Part shown: positions 1 to 13,560 of the stretch, piece by piece
Layout of the letters: every line of letters starts with the position of its first letter
Position numbering within the stretch: position 1 is the first letter of the stretch
Assembly (NCBI GenBank): GCA_030141605.1
Contig: JAQGDQ010000002.1
Span: 1,922,001 to 1,986,000, forward strand
Reading direction: 5' to 3'
DNA length: 64,000 nt
DNA from: Tubiluchus corallicola
Lineage: Eukaryota > Animalia > Priapulida
Made by a program: the position numbers and the translations under genes
Notes under the pieces: generated by a model
Databases searched by the model: none
What the model was told of the DNA's origin: nothing
Seen by the model: only the letters and a program-made list of their open reading frames with translations

Positions 1-3000
1 TCATTAGGTTGCATTTTAATGAGCAGTAAGCATACGGTTAATTAGTATGCTAATTAAACACTAAATGTTTTCATGTACGACTTGGTGGAGTATATGTCAA
101 ATATCAGCAGATGCTTTTAATAAGCTGTATGTAATAATACAGACTAGTTTTTTTTTCAAATCATTAATACACATTGCACAAATGCTGTAAACAAAAAAAT
201 TGTGTATTAAAACACAGTATGGCTTAAGTGTGATTAAATTAAAAACCTTAGCACTATTAGCGCTGTAGTACTTAGACTGAAAATCGTGTTGAGAACAAAT
301 GAGCTTGTAATATGTATGTGCTTTCTGTAATTTGATTGCTAACTGTTTTGGGAACACATGAACCAACTGACTCGCTCATAAGCAACGCCTTCTTTCCGTT
401 ATTTTTCAGGTTTGCTTAGCAAACAGATACACACACCAGCGCATTAAAGTTTCATTACCAGCGGAACTGTCGCTTTCAGTTGTTCAACTTTTTCTGCCCT
501 CTAGCTAAGAACTTTCACTGGCCCCGCTAATTTGGAGTAATTTCATTCTCGCGTTCATCACTATTCGACAATTTAGAAACAGCCACCGTCGACAGGAGGG
601 TCTTAATAATTGATTTTTAATGTGATGACTGCATTTTATGAAGTGTTGGCCGCGTGCGGGTACCCTGTCCTCATTAATTACTCATTGCGTAATATTTTGT
701 CGTGTTTTCTTTGCTTTGCATTGGTATCCAAGCGTCTCACGCGATCTTCATGTATTATTGTGCAATGAGCATCTGCCAAAATCATGCGTCTAGTGCAACA
801 TGCATTCGTCCAAATAGCTGTAAACAAGCACAGTATATAAAGTTTTTCAGTTTGACATCGTTAAAGAATTCCTTTAAAAAGCAGTAAAATTCCTTCAGAC
901 CTAGCGTAAAATAAGTGATATGTGCAACAACTTGTGGCTATTAGTATGCGCTGTAGGTGCTTAATTTTGTATGTAATTTACATCCATTCAATTGCTGACA
1001 CATTTTTTTCTATGACATGGATTCGCCCAAGGATTTTCATACACGCACGTGTGTTACATGTATCTGAACAGTATGGCCAGCCCAGAAGCAGAATACCACC
1101 GCAAAGTTACACTATTTTGTCATCGCTATTTTTAGAAACCGCTGAGTCGCTTCGATCGTGAGAAAGAAGCCAGTTTTGAAATTTCGAATGTTTGCATGTT
1201 GCTTGCTTGGCTGGTTACAATGAGTTTTTATTAAGCGTTTATTTGCGGGCGCTCGACTATTTGCCAGTGATGCAATGTTTAAAGACGTTGTAAAATAATA
1301 TTTAAATTCATTAGATTTGTGTACATGGTCTGTATTGAACAAATTGTATAATTTATAAACATAATAAATGAGTCTGAAATATTTATTAACCTCGTGCAGC
1401 TTTAGAAACAGTGACGTTTGAAACCTTGAAGTTATAAAGAATAGTTTCCCTACATTTGAATTATAAATCTTACTAACCATATGCACGTGCCACTAATTAT
1501 GGTCGCCAAATAACAGGACATACATAGTACTCAAAAAAGTCAACACAGAATAATTGTGTTTTGATACTATGGTGGAGAGCTAACTAAAATCTCCTTAATA
1601 AGGGCTATTACTATCATTATAATTATTTATTATGTGTACATGTAATATTAAGTAAGCAGTAAACAGCACCAGCAAACTAGCAGACAATGCAGGAAAACAA
1701 GTAGGTGGCAAACCTATACATGGACTGAAGTCACAAGAGTTAAGAGTAATCACAATCTAGGATGCAATAGCTATTCAAATTCTCTTCATCTATACACTGC
1801 ATCATTAGTGTAGATAATTATTAGGTATTTACTTTAGATTTAAGGGTCATTGTCACAGACGTCACTACTAACATTGTATTCGTCCCCGTGAAGGCCAGAC
1901 AAAATTAATTACATCAGTTCACCTTTATGATCGATTTTTCGTTGAACTGTCATTCCACCTGGCTTCCTTACCTGAACCGCCGTCTAATGAAACCAGTCAG
2001 CTGATTATTAACAATGTGGTCAAACACTGTCGCGTGCCGCTATGTTTGAGAACACAATGTACAGAGTGTGGACCACCTTGTCAAATTATAGATAGCAAAT
2101 AAACATGTATAAAGAAACGAACACAATGTCTGAAGGAGTGAATGACGTTCCATCCAATTGGTGAATGCATCTTTGTTTGTGTTTGATTTTTGTTTTCTTG
2201 TAAACGTTGCAGTCAATAAGTAGCTGTGTGTTCCTTGACAATAGTAAAGTTCAAATGGTGCTTCAACGTTTAATGACAACAATAATGTTAAATGTCTTTC
2301 AACTTTCGTAACGCAATGATCACGGTCATTTTGATTAGAATCGCATACATTAGAAAACGCAAGGCTGGAATTTTTTCGTTCTTTTAGGATCCTGGCTCAG
2401 CGTTTGCTTTGGAGAGCACGTAGTTATAACTGTCAGTCAGCAATCAATTTAAACTTTGTCGCCCGGCTTAAATTTTGACTTTGTTTAATAGTTTGCGTCG
2501 AAGTCAACGCCGATGGGTGATTTATTTTTAATTTGAGGCCTGAAATTTATCATTTTTGCTTGTCTGCCACATCCGGGCTATTTACCTTTGTTTATAGTCT
2601 GGCTTTGACTCTCTGCAAGGCCGCAGGCGCTCCTACATGTTTTAAATTAAGTGCATCAGCAAACACAACAAAACACCACATGGGATAACTTCACTCTCCT
2701 GACATCTGCTGCCTCTTTGTTTTATTCTCTCCTCGGCTTCCTATTGAAATTTTTAATTACAAACTGATTAAATTTTCATCTGCGTATCACGATGAGAACT
2801 TATTTAAATTCGCATTTCGCAAATTAATTTGCAGCTGAGCAGCTTAATTAGCATGCGAGTTATTGTGCTGTTCAAGTCTTGAGGCATTTTGCTGTAAATT
2901 TCATTATTCTCTGAACATGAAGTTTTCAACGCTCGACAAAAGGCTCATCTAACATGTCATTTAGACTTAATAATAATTGCGTTTAGATGTCAGACTTTTG

Positions 3001-3635
3001 CAAACAGACAAAGAGCTGTCTTGCTTCTGTTACTTTAACTTTTTTTTTATTTAATTTTTGTATTAAATGAAGATGCCATAATGGGCGCATTTTTACATCA
3101 AGTTATTAAGAGCAAATGAATTGTAATGCAAAGAGGTAATTCTTTTCCTTTTTGAAGGGTCGCCACGGCACATCCAAATTAAACTCTAAATGAGCCATTT
3201 GTGTGAAAGACTGAAAGGATCATGACACTTGAATTCCCTATTGTCTAAGTCGTCTACATATCTGACACACTATACAGTGATCTGAAACAGTTTATTCATA
3301 ATACACTGCAAGTGTTTTGTATGTGTAAATAACTAACAGAAACAAAGAAAAACTAATCAAACGTTGAATAAATTCATCAATTCGAACAGCACTACCGGTC
3401 TACCAGGGAAAGGAGAAACTTATTAATTCGCACAAAGAAAGCGCTATGGCAAATATGATCACTACTGTAACAACTGCAACATTGGCGACAATAATAATGG
3501 CAGCAACTACAATAACATCCGTTGGAAATAAACTACAACTGTGATGGGACAGTAGTGACAGCCTGGTCTAGTCTATATTTGTACCTGCAGCAGTATTATG
3601 TTCAACTATTTTTTTGTCGTTCATTCTTTGATTAC

Positions 3636-3682
3636 GATGATGACGACGACGACGACGACGACGACGACGATGATGTTGTTGT

Positions 3683-3716
<34 letters not shown>
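3636..3716. repeat. (GAT/GAC)n microsatellite within a degenerate trinucleotide tract of about 3450-3915
   Basis: Direct reading; explains the poly-D/H/M/S ORFs. Confidence 0.95.
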
Positions 3717-3717
<1 letters not shown>

Positions 3718-4127
3718 GCGGTAGTGGCGGTGATGAGGACGACGGGTGGTGATTGTGAAAATAATGAGCATGCAAAAGATAGTAATGACGATCATGATGG
3801 TATTGTGATGACTCAGTGGTAATGACAACGATTGCGATGATGATGATCATGACTATTGCGATGAAGATGATCATGGTGATAATGATGATCGTATGACGAT
3901 TATGATAATGATTAAAAGTTTTTTTAGACAAGACGAGGGATTCAATATTTATAAAATTATCAACACTAGTATAAATTTTTCTGAACTTGCTAGTTTCATA
4001 CTAAGCCTAGGGGCATTTATTTTCGTCGTAATTTATTAATGTTGCTACTGCGATAAAAACCGATTATTTACCATCCTCTCTCTTATACCACGCTTACACA
4101 ATCCGTATGTCAAAAGCAAAATGTTAG

Positions 4128-4250
4128 TTGTTATTTTAAGAACAGAACCTGACAGTCGTTGCTTACACTTGTTACTATAGGAACAAGAGCTAACGAACGT
4201 TGTTTACTGTTGTTGCTATAGGAACAAGAGCTGACGAACATTGTTTACTG
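4128..4250. repeat. 41-bp tandem repeat x3
   Basis: Unit TTGTTRCTATAGGAACAAGAGCTRACGAACRTTGTTTACTG; first copy diverged. Confidence 0.85.
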
Positions 4251-4253
4251 GCG

Positions 4254-4439
4254 GGGGCGGAGATTTCTCTTACGGTGGCTAATCCGGTGTTTCTTCCTTG
4301 TTTGGTAAGTTTACTTTAAGGTCATAATCATTTTCTAAAACTATCGTATTTTTCCACTTGAGTGCAGTACTGTTTCCAAACTGCCCTTCCTGTTAAAAAC
4401 ACCGGATATGCGAGTTTCTTGAGAGAAATCTCTATGCCC
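4254..4439. mobile_element. Degenerate MITE with imperfect TIRs
   Basis: Left GGGGCGGAGATTTCTCT..ATCCGGTGTTT mirrored by right AAACACCGGAT..AGAGAAATCTCTATGCCC; no clear TSD. Confidence 0.55.
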
Positions 4440-7400
4440 ATTCCATGTTTAAAATTCAGCTTATTCTGCTTTATATGTAAATTAAGTTAGAACTGATAAC
4501 TGTTTTTGCTAAGTGCTATCATACTTGGCTAGAATTGTTTTAAAAACGATGCAGAAAACAATGGTTTGTCCTCTGGCGGGCACATTTAAGTCGTGGTGCG
4601 TCAAATTGAGATACTCGCTTTCGTTTCGCCGTTTTTACATCGACAATTTGACCACATTTGACAGCAGCCCTAAATAACTATGATAAAATATGTTATGAGA
4701 GTTTTTATTTAAAACTTTGTATAAATTATTATTGTCAAACACAAAACGAGAGGAAATTCTGGACGAATAATTGCGTAATCGGAAATTGCCGTCTTTTCCT
4801 CAACCATCATGTATAAATCATTTCTAATGCTTTGAGGTATAATAATTTGTGATAAGCATTGAGAGTATAAATCTAACAAAGTGTCAAAATTGACAAAGGT
4901 TAGATGTGATGGAGTTGGAGAGGTGTAGAAAGTATAGGGGGTCATTTGTGTTGAACTATGAATTAAGAGGAAGTGCGTTTTGATGAAATTGTCTGGAAAA
5001 CCGATTTTTAATTGTAGGTGTCGTGTGAATGCAGCTTGCGATAGAGAAATGACGAAACAATATTTCAAAGATGCTTTAAGACTAGCGTCCCACGAGTTAA
5101 AAGGCAAAGGCATTATTTATTAGGAAAGAGTTTACGTGGGAAAGTGTATGACAATAACTGTAGCCATATTATGTGACTAACACTTACAGGTTGCTCAGCC
5201 GACTAACAGAACGGGAGCATTATAACTGCTAGTGGGAGAGAGAGTATTCTATAATGAAGGGGAGAAAGAGAGACAGACAGAAACAGAAAGAGAGAGAGAG
5301 GAGGCGGGGACAAAAGGGAGGCCGAAAGTGAGAGAAAAATGCTACTTATAGAATAGATGAAACATAGAAACAGTTGATAGTTTAACTATTTAGACAAAAT
5401 TTAATAGTTGTGGTTGAACTATTCTGCCATTTTGACTGATTAACCCGCGAAGCTCCGAGTGTGCAATATTCAGTGTTTGTGGTTCATGGATAGTTTACCG
5501 CTTATGTTAGCATGTAAGCGCAATTGGTTTAATTCTTATAATTCAACGTGAATAGAATAACACCTGTCCTGTCTCACCTTTATTCATCACTATTAGCAAC
5601 AGCATTGCGAGAATTTTACCTGACAGAGTCAGTTTAACCCTGTCAAGCCATTGAGATGAACTTGTCTGTTGCGGTTGTCGGTCGTGCCACTATGCCTAGC
5701 CTTTATTAAATATTCAATAATTAATAACATAAGCTGAATAGAACCTTTAAACAACGTATTCAACTTCCTTTGAAAGCAAATTCACTGTTACCGATAAAAA
5801 AGCTAAATGTGATCACAGGGAGCGCATAATTTTTCCACGACCTAATAATACTCTCAGTAAATTTAAAACTAGGAATCGTAATCTGCTATGGAATGGATTG
5901 GTCCTTTGCTATGTGCGCTTGTAGGTTCACCTTTTGTTTGTCAGTCTTTTGCCGTGAAAAGTGCTGCTGTTGTTCTTTAGACTCTACCGGCTATAGAGTT
6001 ACTTCTTGTAATATTAATTTGATTGTCGTAATTATCTTTGAAAGAAAGATCACCTTTTTAGCTGTAGTTGTGCTGAGTGATTGTCATTAAGCAATAATTA
6101 TGTAAAACTGATTAAATTAGCAATTCATAAGTAATACGGAAAGCTACAAATAGTTTTACTATAAAGCTATAAAGCTTTGCCTTAAACGAATCTATATGTG
6201 AAATTAATTTAGAGACAATGCATGCGCAAATGAAAAAAGAGAGGGAGAGAAAGAAGAAGAGCGACAGAGCGAGAGGGATGAGAGGAAGAAACGGAGGGAA
6301 GAAGGAGCAACAGAAATGTCAGTGGAAATTTGTAATAGTTATGAGTGACAGATTTAACGAGGCATTTCAAAAATCTCTGATATGAATAAGCGCATAAGGA
6401 CGGCACGCAAAAATCTAAAAATTTCCTCAGCATTATTTTATCTGTTACAAAACGGTCCCATAACCACGATTTTAGAGTAGAATAATTTTGATAATTTGAA
6501 TTCATTATTCTCTTATCAGTCACACTTACGCTACGTACGCTCTCTATTTCCGCTATAAAACGCTTTCATTGGTACATATAATAGTAATCACGAGTTTGAA
6601 GTTAACAAAGAGCAAAAACAGTTATGAAGGATATAGGAGTTACCTTATGAAAAATAATGTGGATAGGACTAGGACCAATTATACGCACATTGCACAGTGA
6701 TAACGCAGCAAAAAAGAACAAACTTATACCAACAAACATACTAGCTACATTAAATGACAATTTTTCATTGATTATGAAGTTTCGAAATTTCATAGATATA
6801 TTCATATTCATATTCATATGCATATTCATATATGAATATAAATATGTATACATGCTTTGGTAAATCGAATAAAAAATCTACAATTAGAAAAGAAGAAAAA
6901 AGGAAAATATTGCACAACGTTTCTACAAAAAGTTTCTTTAGTTCCTGTTGTTCTCTTTCTGTAACTGCGGCTAGTGATTTTATGCTTCTATGTTTCTCCC
7001 TTGTGTTTTTATCTGTTGTGCTTCTGTGTTTTTTTGTTCTGACACTGAATGATTTTTCCAAAAAATTTTGTCCTGTAGATCTTTTTATTGGTTTATGGCT
7101 GATAATTGCCATTCTGCCAGAAATTGCAACAAGACAATTGAAAATAGCTTTAGCAAGCAAAATTAATTTAAACGCGCAGTAAAAGCCATCGTAACAAAAT
7201 GCACACTCGTAAAGTTTTTTATTTCCGGGAAATGAGTAATTGAAGACTTTTGTCTAAAAATTCACACCCAAAAGGCTTTTATGACAAAGTTCTACGTATA
7301 TATAGCCTGGCGCCATCTTTGTAAGATTATAGGTGTCATATAGCTATAACGCTTACTAATGCACACACAAGATACGCAATATTAGACGCGATGTAATAAA

Positions 7401-7456
7401 GTATATTGTTATACACTAAGTCTCTATATGTTGTATTCTGGCACCTCTGCAAGAAT

Positions 7457-7459
<3 letters not shown>

Positions 7460-7504
<45 letters not shown>
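7460..7504. repeat. (AT)n microsatellite
   Basis: Direct reading. Confidence 0.97.
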
Positions 7505-7511
<7 letters not shown>

Positions 7512-7937
7512 GTCTCTGCTTTTCTGAGCCTATTACAGACGTGTTTCCTACTTCCGGTAATTAGAGTGATGCGTTTATGTCTATTCTGATGATACACGCG
7601 TTTAAATTGTCACGCTTGGGGTGGGTATAGGCTTCTAAGTTTATGATAGGCAGAAGAAACTGAAGTAGTTTAATTTCGATAGTTGTAGGTATTAAAAATA
7701 TTCTGTAAACGTTCTTTTCCATAACAACAAGCAACAAAAACAGTTTTCGTTTTACGCGATATGTAAGTTACTGTTTAATGAATATTGTATCAGTTCTGAT
7801 TGGCAAATCTCATCATTAGCTATCATTTGCCAATCAGCGAAAAGCCCACGGTATAATCACAAATAAAGGTCTTGAATTCAATTTTAAGACTGAAAAATTT
7901 GTATTTTTCACTAGTATTCTATTTATCATAAGTCTTT

Positions 7938-8015
7938 GAGGTACTACGGCGGGATTCGTAAAAAGTTATTAGACTGTGAGGTACTACGGGGGGATTCGCA
8001 AAAAGTTATTAGACT
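7938..8015. repeat. About 40-bp tandem duplication
   Basis: GAGGTACTACGGSGGGATTCGYAAAAAGTTATTAGACT twice. Confidence 0.9.
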
Positions 8016-8809
8016 ACTTTTTATTCATCCCGCCCTAAAGTGGAAGGGTTTTATGACCAAAAGTTGGACTGATTAATAAAACCTCTCCGGGTATAATAAA
8101 ATATTAATGACAGCCAACAAATGCCAGCTCATTGCTTTTATCGTAACCATTTATGACAAATGCAAAGAATTAAGGACGAAACGTCGTTATCTAAACCAAA
8201 ATGATAAAGTTTATGATAAAGTTTATTACTTTTTGCTGCGTCTGTGATTATTCGCTGACTTGTTAGTTATTGTGGCCTATTTTCTGTGGTATATTCACGA
8301 TCTTATACTTTCGTTACCTTTTTGTGATTCTTTCCTTTTACCTCTATAGTTATATATTGTAATGATGGTCGCAAATAGGCATAACGCGCCATTGTTTGAA
8401 TAATCTTAATTACACTTAATTAATGGTGATAATTATAAAATAAAAACGTTTTCAGAGGTGACTTGGGAATGGGACATGAATCCAGAACTGCACAATGTAC
8501 TTATGGTGTACAATATGGTTGAAACTTTAATACAACTAGGTATTTAAGGTCAAGTAACAGAAGCTAGAACATTTTTACTACGAGTTACGAAATTTTTATA
8601 ACTTCAGAAATTTTCGAGTTAGAGATGTGCCAGTTGTTGTTTCCCGTACATTGCGGATGGTCTGAGTTAAAGTTTCAGAACTAGAAAATTTCGTTGTACT
8701 GCTATAAATTAACCAACTAGTGAAATTTCTTGACATTGAGTGACTATCTTTTCATTTGATAGACGTTTACATTGTACACGCGCCTATTTCTGGCTTGAAA
8801 TAAGATTTA

Positions 8810-8985
8810 GCAAGAAGGCTAGCTCAGTGAGTCAAGTTTCTGACTTGCGATGCAATGATCGCGAGGTCGAATCTTAGGCTGGCTGGTCAGATTTAATGTC
8901 GTCTTTTAACGTAGAGACCTATGCTGACTGACGTTGCTTTCATTAATCTTGCAACTCTATCAAGAAGCCAAGATCATGAGATTCC
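8810..8985 (+). mobile_element. Degenerate tRNA-derived SINE-like sequence
   Basis: A-box-like TAGCTCAGTGA, anticodon-arm-like CTGACTTGCGA, B-box-like GGTCGAATC at tRNA spacing; acceptor stem does not pair. Confidence 0.5.
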
Positions 8986-10070
8986 AGAAAGTAAGTTTAA
9001 TAGATTTGATTTTGAGCCGGGGGTGCTTGTTTACAGAGAGAATTTGCCCCTAAAGTAGGGCTTTGAAAAGGATTTTGACCAGATCTTATTGTAAGATGTT
9101 ATAATTGATTTTATCCGTCTCGCAGATGAAACACGCAACTTTTAATCCTGTTTGCATAAGTAAACTTTCGCCGTGTACATAATCCGTCGCATTACTTTAA
9201 TGTTCAACTCAAAGTAAGTAAATTATACGTTAAGATGTTGAACAAAGCTCCTAGAAAAAAAGGGAAGAAGCGTGCTGCTGTTTCGTGACCGTGCATGAAG
9301 TTGCTGCTTCTCCAGCTCAGGAAGTTGAACTCGTAATTTCTACCTCCGGCAGTTTAAAGCTTTTGTCATGTCAACAGCGCAATGTCTGCAATGATTTGTG
9401 TGGAGTTGAGTGAGTAAATATGGGTCTCAAACCTCGTGTTATTTAACATTGAGTCAACAAAGAAGAGATTATCTAATAATAAAAGCCTTGGCCGCATCAT
9501 ATCCAGTCGTATGAAATACTGAGTCTCCTTTATTGTTTACAACAAAGGAATTAATTAGAGAGAGTAATACCCTCTGCACTAGAATTGACATCGTAAGAAA
9601 CTGTTTTTCGCTAGGCTTGTGGTGGCTGGTTCGTTTATATAATTTGAAAATCATCAATTTTGTTTTACCAAATATTTTTTTTGATTTATTATTCACTAGA
9701 ACACTTTCGTATTCTAGACTTTACAGCCACTAAGTCGGTTGTTTAGAAAAATTGAAAGGCCTCAATTTTGGAATAATAAGGAATTATTCTAAATTCGGCT
9801 GAATTTATTATGTGTAAAAATGTAAAATAGTTAAATGGTAGAAATTTTTAGTATGGGATTTTTAGCAGTACACGGTGTTTAGGAAATCTACGTAATTGAA
9901 TCCTGTCTTGTAATTTATTAAACATGTAACTATAAAATTATACTGAAATTTGTGTTTTCATTTTATCTGCTTTTAAGTTCAGTAATGAAAACTCATGCAT
10001 ACTAACTTTTTCAAAGTGGTCATACATCTTGTGGTTGGCACAGATCTCACAGGTTTTTGTTTTATTTCAG

Positions 10071-10253
10071 GCGTATGACTTCCCGATGATGTTAGGAGAA
10101 TTAAATCACCGTACACTAACGGCGCAGCGCAGACAGAGCATTGCTGGTTTTCAAGCTGACGGCAACGACAACGTAGCCGAAGTTGATGGCCGTCATGATG
10201 ACCACGAGGAGCGCCTTCGCCGCCATCGTCCGTTCAGCGAAAGTGATAAGTGA
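10071..10253 (+). CDS. Probable terminal coding exon of an unidentified gene whose upstream exons were not found (AYDFPMMLGELNHRTLTAQRRQSIAGFQADGNDNVAEVDGRHDDHEERLRRHRPFSESDK*)
   Basis: Strong acceptor TTTTTGTTTTATTTCAG|, sharp rise in GC/CpG, 60 open codons in phase 0 with protein-like composition ending in TGA, then a long U-rich tract. The other two phases stop within 6 codons. Confidence 0.65.
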   Translation, partial: AYDFPMMLGELNHRTLTAQRRQSIAGFQADGNDNVAEVDGRHDDHEERLRRHRPFSESDK

Positions 10254-13200
10254 ATATCGCCGCTTTTAGTTATGATATTTGTCCCTCAACAAGTGATCAT
10301 GTGGGATGTGTGCAAGATTTGTGTAAATACATTGCTTGACCAATGGGCTCTGTAAAAAGCTTTTGTACAATTTATTGTTTACTTAAACATTTGTAGTTCA
10401 ATTGAATTTGCTAGTATTTTTGTTTATTTGTGTGCTGTTTTTTCAACAGTACTATTATTTTTTTGTTATTTGGTATTTCTGTGCCATAAATTTGTATATA
10501 AGTTTTATAAAATTCTCTTCTTCGATTGTGCGTGAAATTTTTAAGTTTTGCATAAAGACTGCATTTTCTTAGCGCGATCGATTGTCATAAGCTACAAGTA
10601 CGGCGTTTGACTTCTGTTTTTAGTCAGGCGTTGCGTAAGTTTATGGACTTTGAAAATGGTTTGAGATGGCACTCTGTACGCATTCATTATGCAGACTATG
10701 CGGTACGTCACATTATAATTAAGAAAAGAATAAACAATGAATTATTTTAAATGTTTTGATGTTCTATTGTATGTGCACAGGGGGGCACCAACTACAAATT
10801 TTGCTGTACAGCTAACGATTTGGACCTGCTCCTATATTTAGTGCTAGTTTTCTTGTTAATAACGTGTATCATTGGTGTTTTTGGTTTTTAAAAACTAATT
10901 TGGAAAGCTTTTGGTATTTGTTTTGTTTTGTGATTCTAAATTTCTGCACTTTCTAAAATTGGTGTACAGTGTCTGTGAATTTTAAATCGAACACTTTTCA
11001 AATTTGTGAATTCCGTTTAATAACTTAATTACTGAATTTCCTCTCTGCTTGTTAAATTTAATTAGTTTTTATTTATTTTGCTTTGTTCTCTTAATGGTTG
11101 TATTAAAATTTTGTTTTTTGGTAATTTTAATATATTTATTATGTTTGGCCTTCTCTTTCTTTATATTATTCATTATTCGCGTTTCTTTCACATCTGTACT
11201 AAAACTCAAAATTTCTAAATACAGAACTTCGCCTCGCTCTGTTAGCTAAGTCTTTAAGTAGTTAGTAATCTTTCGTAAATTTTAGCTAAGTCAGTTTTAT
11301 TTTGGTAGCTATTTATTATAATTTGTTTATTAATTATTCTTTATTTGGAATATGGGCGTAGTCCTTTACCTCACACTTCACACTTTAAAAGAATATGAGC
11401 TTTCGCTTGCTAACTTTTCGTTTCCATTCTCACTTTAAAAATCATCGCTTGACTAATGAGGAACTTTTAAAACCCCATTGAATTGGTCAGATTAGCACTT
11501 TCGTAAAATGACCCAGGGTAACTTTAATGTGGTGTTGATTGTGAGGCCTATAATTGTTGTATGCCTGTAAGTATCTTTGCTAGCTTTCTAATGATCTCCT
11601 ATTTTGTATGAAGCATATCCGGTTAGTTTTTTTTTGCAACTATGGTAAATATAGTCAATTTGCAATGTACAAAGTGAAAAATGATGTTTGTATATACTAG
11701 CTTTTGTGTACATGTATGTGTATTTGGGGTTGGTAGCTATATCTGGGTATTAATATTTTTCTTACTATGAATTATTTTGTTCGTAACAGCTCGACATTAT
11801 GCATTTTGTTGTCTTGCTGACTACATACGATATATATGCATTTAATTATAGTACAGTGCTTGTATCACAGGAATTTTGACAATTTAAATTTTTTATTCCA
11901 AAGAATAATTTTTGTCAGCTAGTGTTTTATAGTGTGATTAAAAATAATCTGTTATTATAAACAGTGACAATGTTATTTATCATTTTCTGGTCATTTATTT
12001 GGAGTTCTATCATTATATGTATTGGAACAGTGCGAATACTGTGCCTACACTGTCAATGGCTGTTCCTAGTACTGCTTCCAAAAACCAGTTGAGTACACCG
12101 TCTCAATGTGAATAGGTTATAGCTGTGGGCAAGCATACATGTGTGAGTACCAACACTGAGTTTTACATGTTTATCAGTCGATGAAGGAGCAGTATGATGC
12201 ATCTTGTATAATGGTTCACAATATGTATGGTATATAACGGGCAAAGAAACGGTAAGGGTAACGGCAACGTTACTGCAAATTTGTTCCATCACCACTTAGT
12301 ATAAGGCACTATAATTATAGTTACTGAGCATAAATGATGGCCATTCCTATTGCTGACGTTCCTACTGCTGCCGTTGTCGTTGCCAGAAGATTGTAAATGT
12401 AAGTTAATGAACAGTATTGTAATATGACTGACTGCTTCCTAATAGACAACATTAGACAACGTTTCAAATACATCTTTTTTATTAACTGCTGGCAGTTAAT
12501 CACGATAGTACCATTATAATAATATTTTATGCACATTTTCCACGCTGTTGTAAATTGAATTGACGTGTTTTTTCATGTTACGAAGTATTTTACTATAAGT
12601 TATCTTGTCCATAGGTATTTTTCTTTTGCAGTAAAATGTATTATTTGCGGTAGTTTCTTCAATGCCTCATGTATGCCAGTGCGCTAGTATTCACAAAATG
12701 ACAAAATAAATCATTATTATCAATAATTTGTTCTAATTAAACTCTGAATTGAAAATTAGTGAGACTTACAAAAAACCTGTGTACTTTTCATATTGGGGTA
12801 GTATCTGGCTTATTTGCCACGATTTAGCTTGAAATTGTCGTTCGAGATTAACGAATTTACTTTTTTGTATATTTTTCATTGTATCTGCCACAGTCTTATA
12901 CTTATTCGTGATTACTCCTTCAGTAATAATTCATAAATGAAATGGTACTGCATGTTACCACCAGAGGATCTTCAATCTATTTCCAAAAAAAGCGATGTAA
13001 CAGCGCCCTGAAGAGACCCTACAAGTTAATGGACTCAATTACAAATGAGTTGATCATTTCGTTTGCTGCCAGAGTGCTGATTATATTGCGTTCGTAACTT
13101 CCCTGCAGATTCACTAACTGCAAATTGTATAATGTCGTTGTAAAACGAATTTCCAATGTTTTGGTTCAGTGTTTTCCGGATTGTTTGTTAGAGAGTTTTT

Positions 13201-13560
13201 TTATATCAGCTGCATAATTATGAAAGCAGCTACAGTACTATAATTTATTTTGAGAACTTTATTTCCGTGTGCTAGTGATTTCGGTAACGCCATAATGACG
13301 TCCTTGCTCGTTAGTGGTGTCATTCAGTGAATGCAATTTGTATATTATGACATCAAACTGTTGTAGCAATAGGTGTTTATTACAAAGTGTTTCTTATTAA
13401 TTGCAATGTTTGTGTTTTATACGACTTTATGGCCTTTTATATTAATGGACACGATTTTGCTTTATATGTATTTCGTAATGTTACAGGCCACACCAAAAAT
13501 TTTTGTAAATTTGTAGCCTATACACATTTTCACCGCAATAAATTTGAATCAAAATTTGAC
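10254..13560 (+). other. Putative long 3'UTR of the plus-strand gene
   Basis: Visible T-skew on + strand, no recognisable repeats, TGTAHATA elements (10322, 10493, 11689), AATAAA at 10729, 12705 and 13537. The true end is unknown. Confidence 0.5.

Noticed and set aside
3522-3931. Poly-D/H/M/S ORFs
   Set aside because: Translations of a trinucleotide microsatellite; open in several frames with no splice or homology support
4128-4250. CRISPR-like regular repeats
   Set aside because: Contiguous tandem units without unique spacers, eukaryotic context, no cas genes
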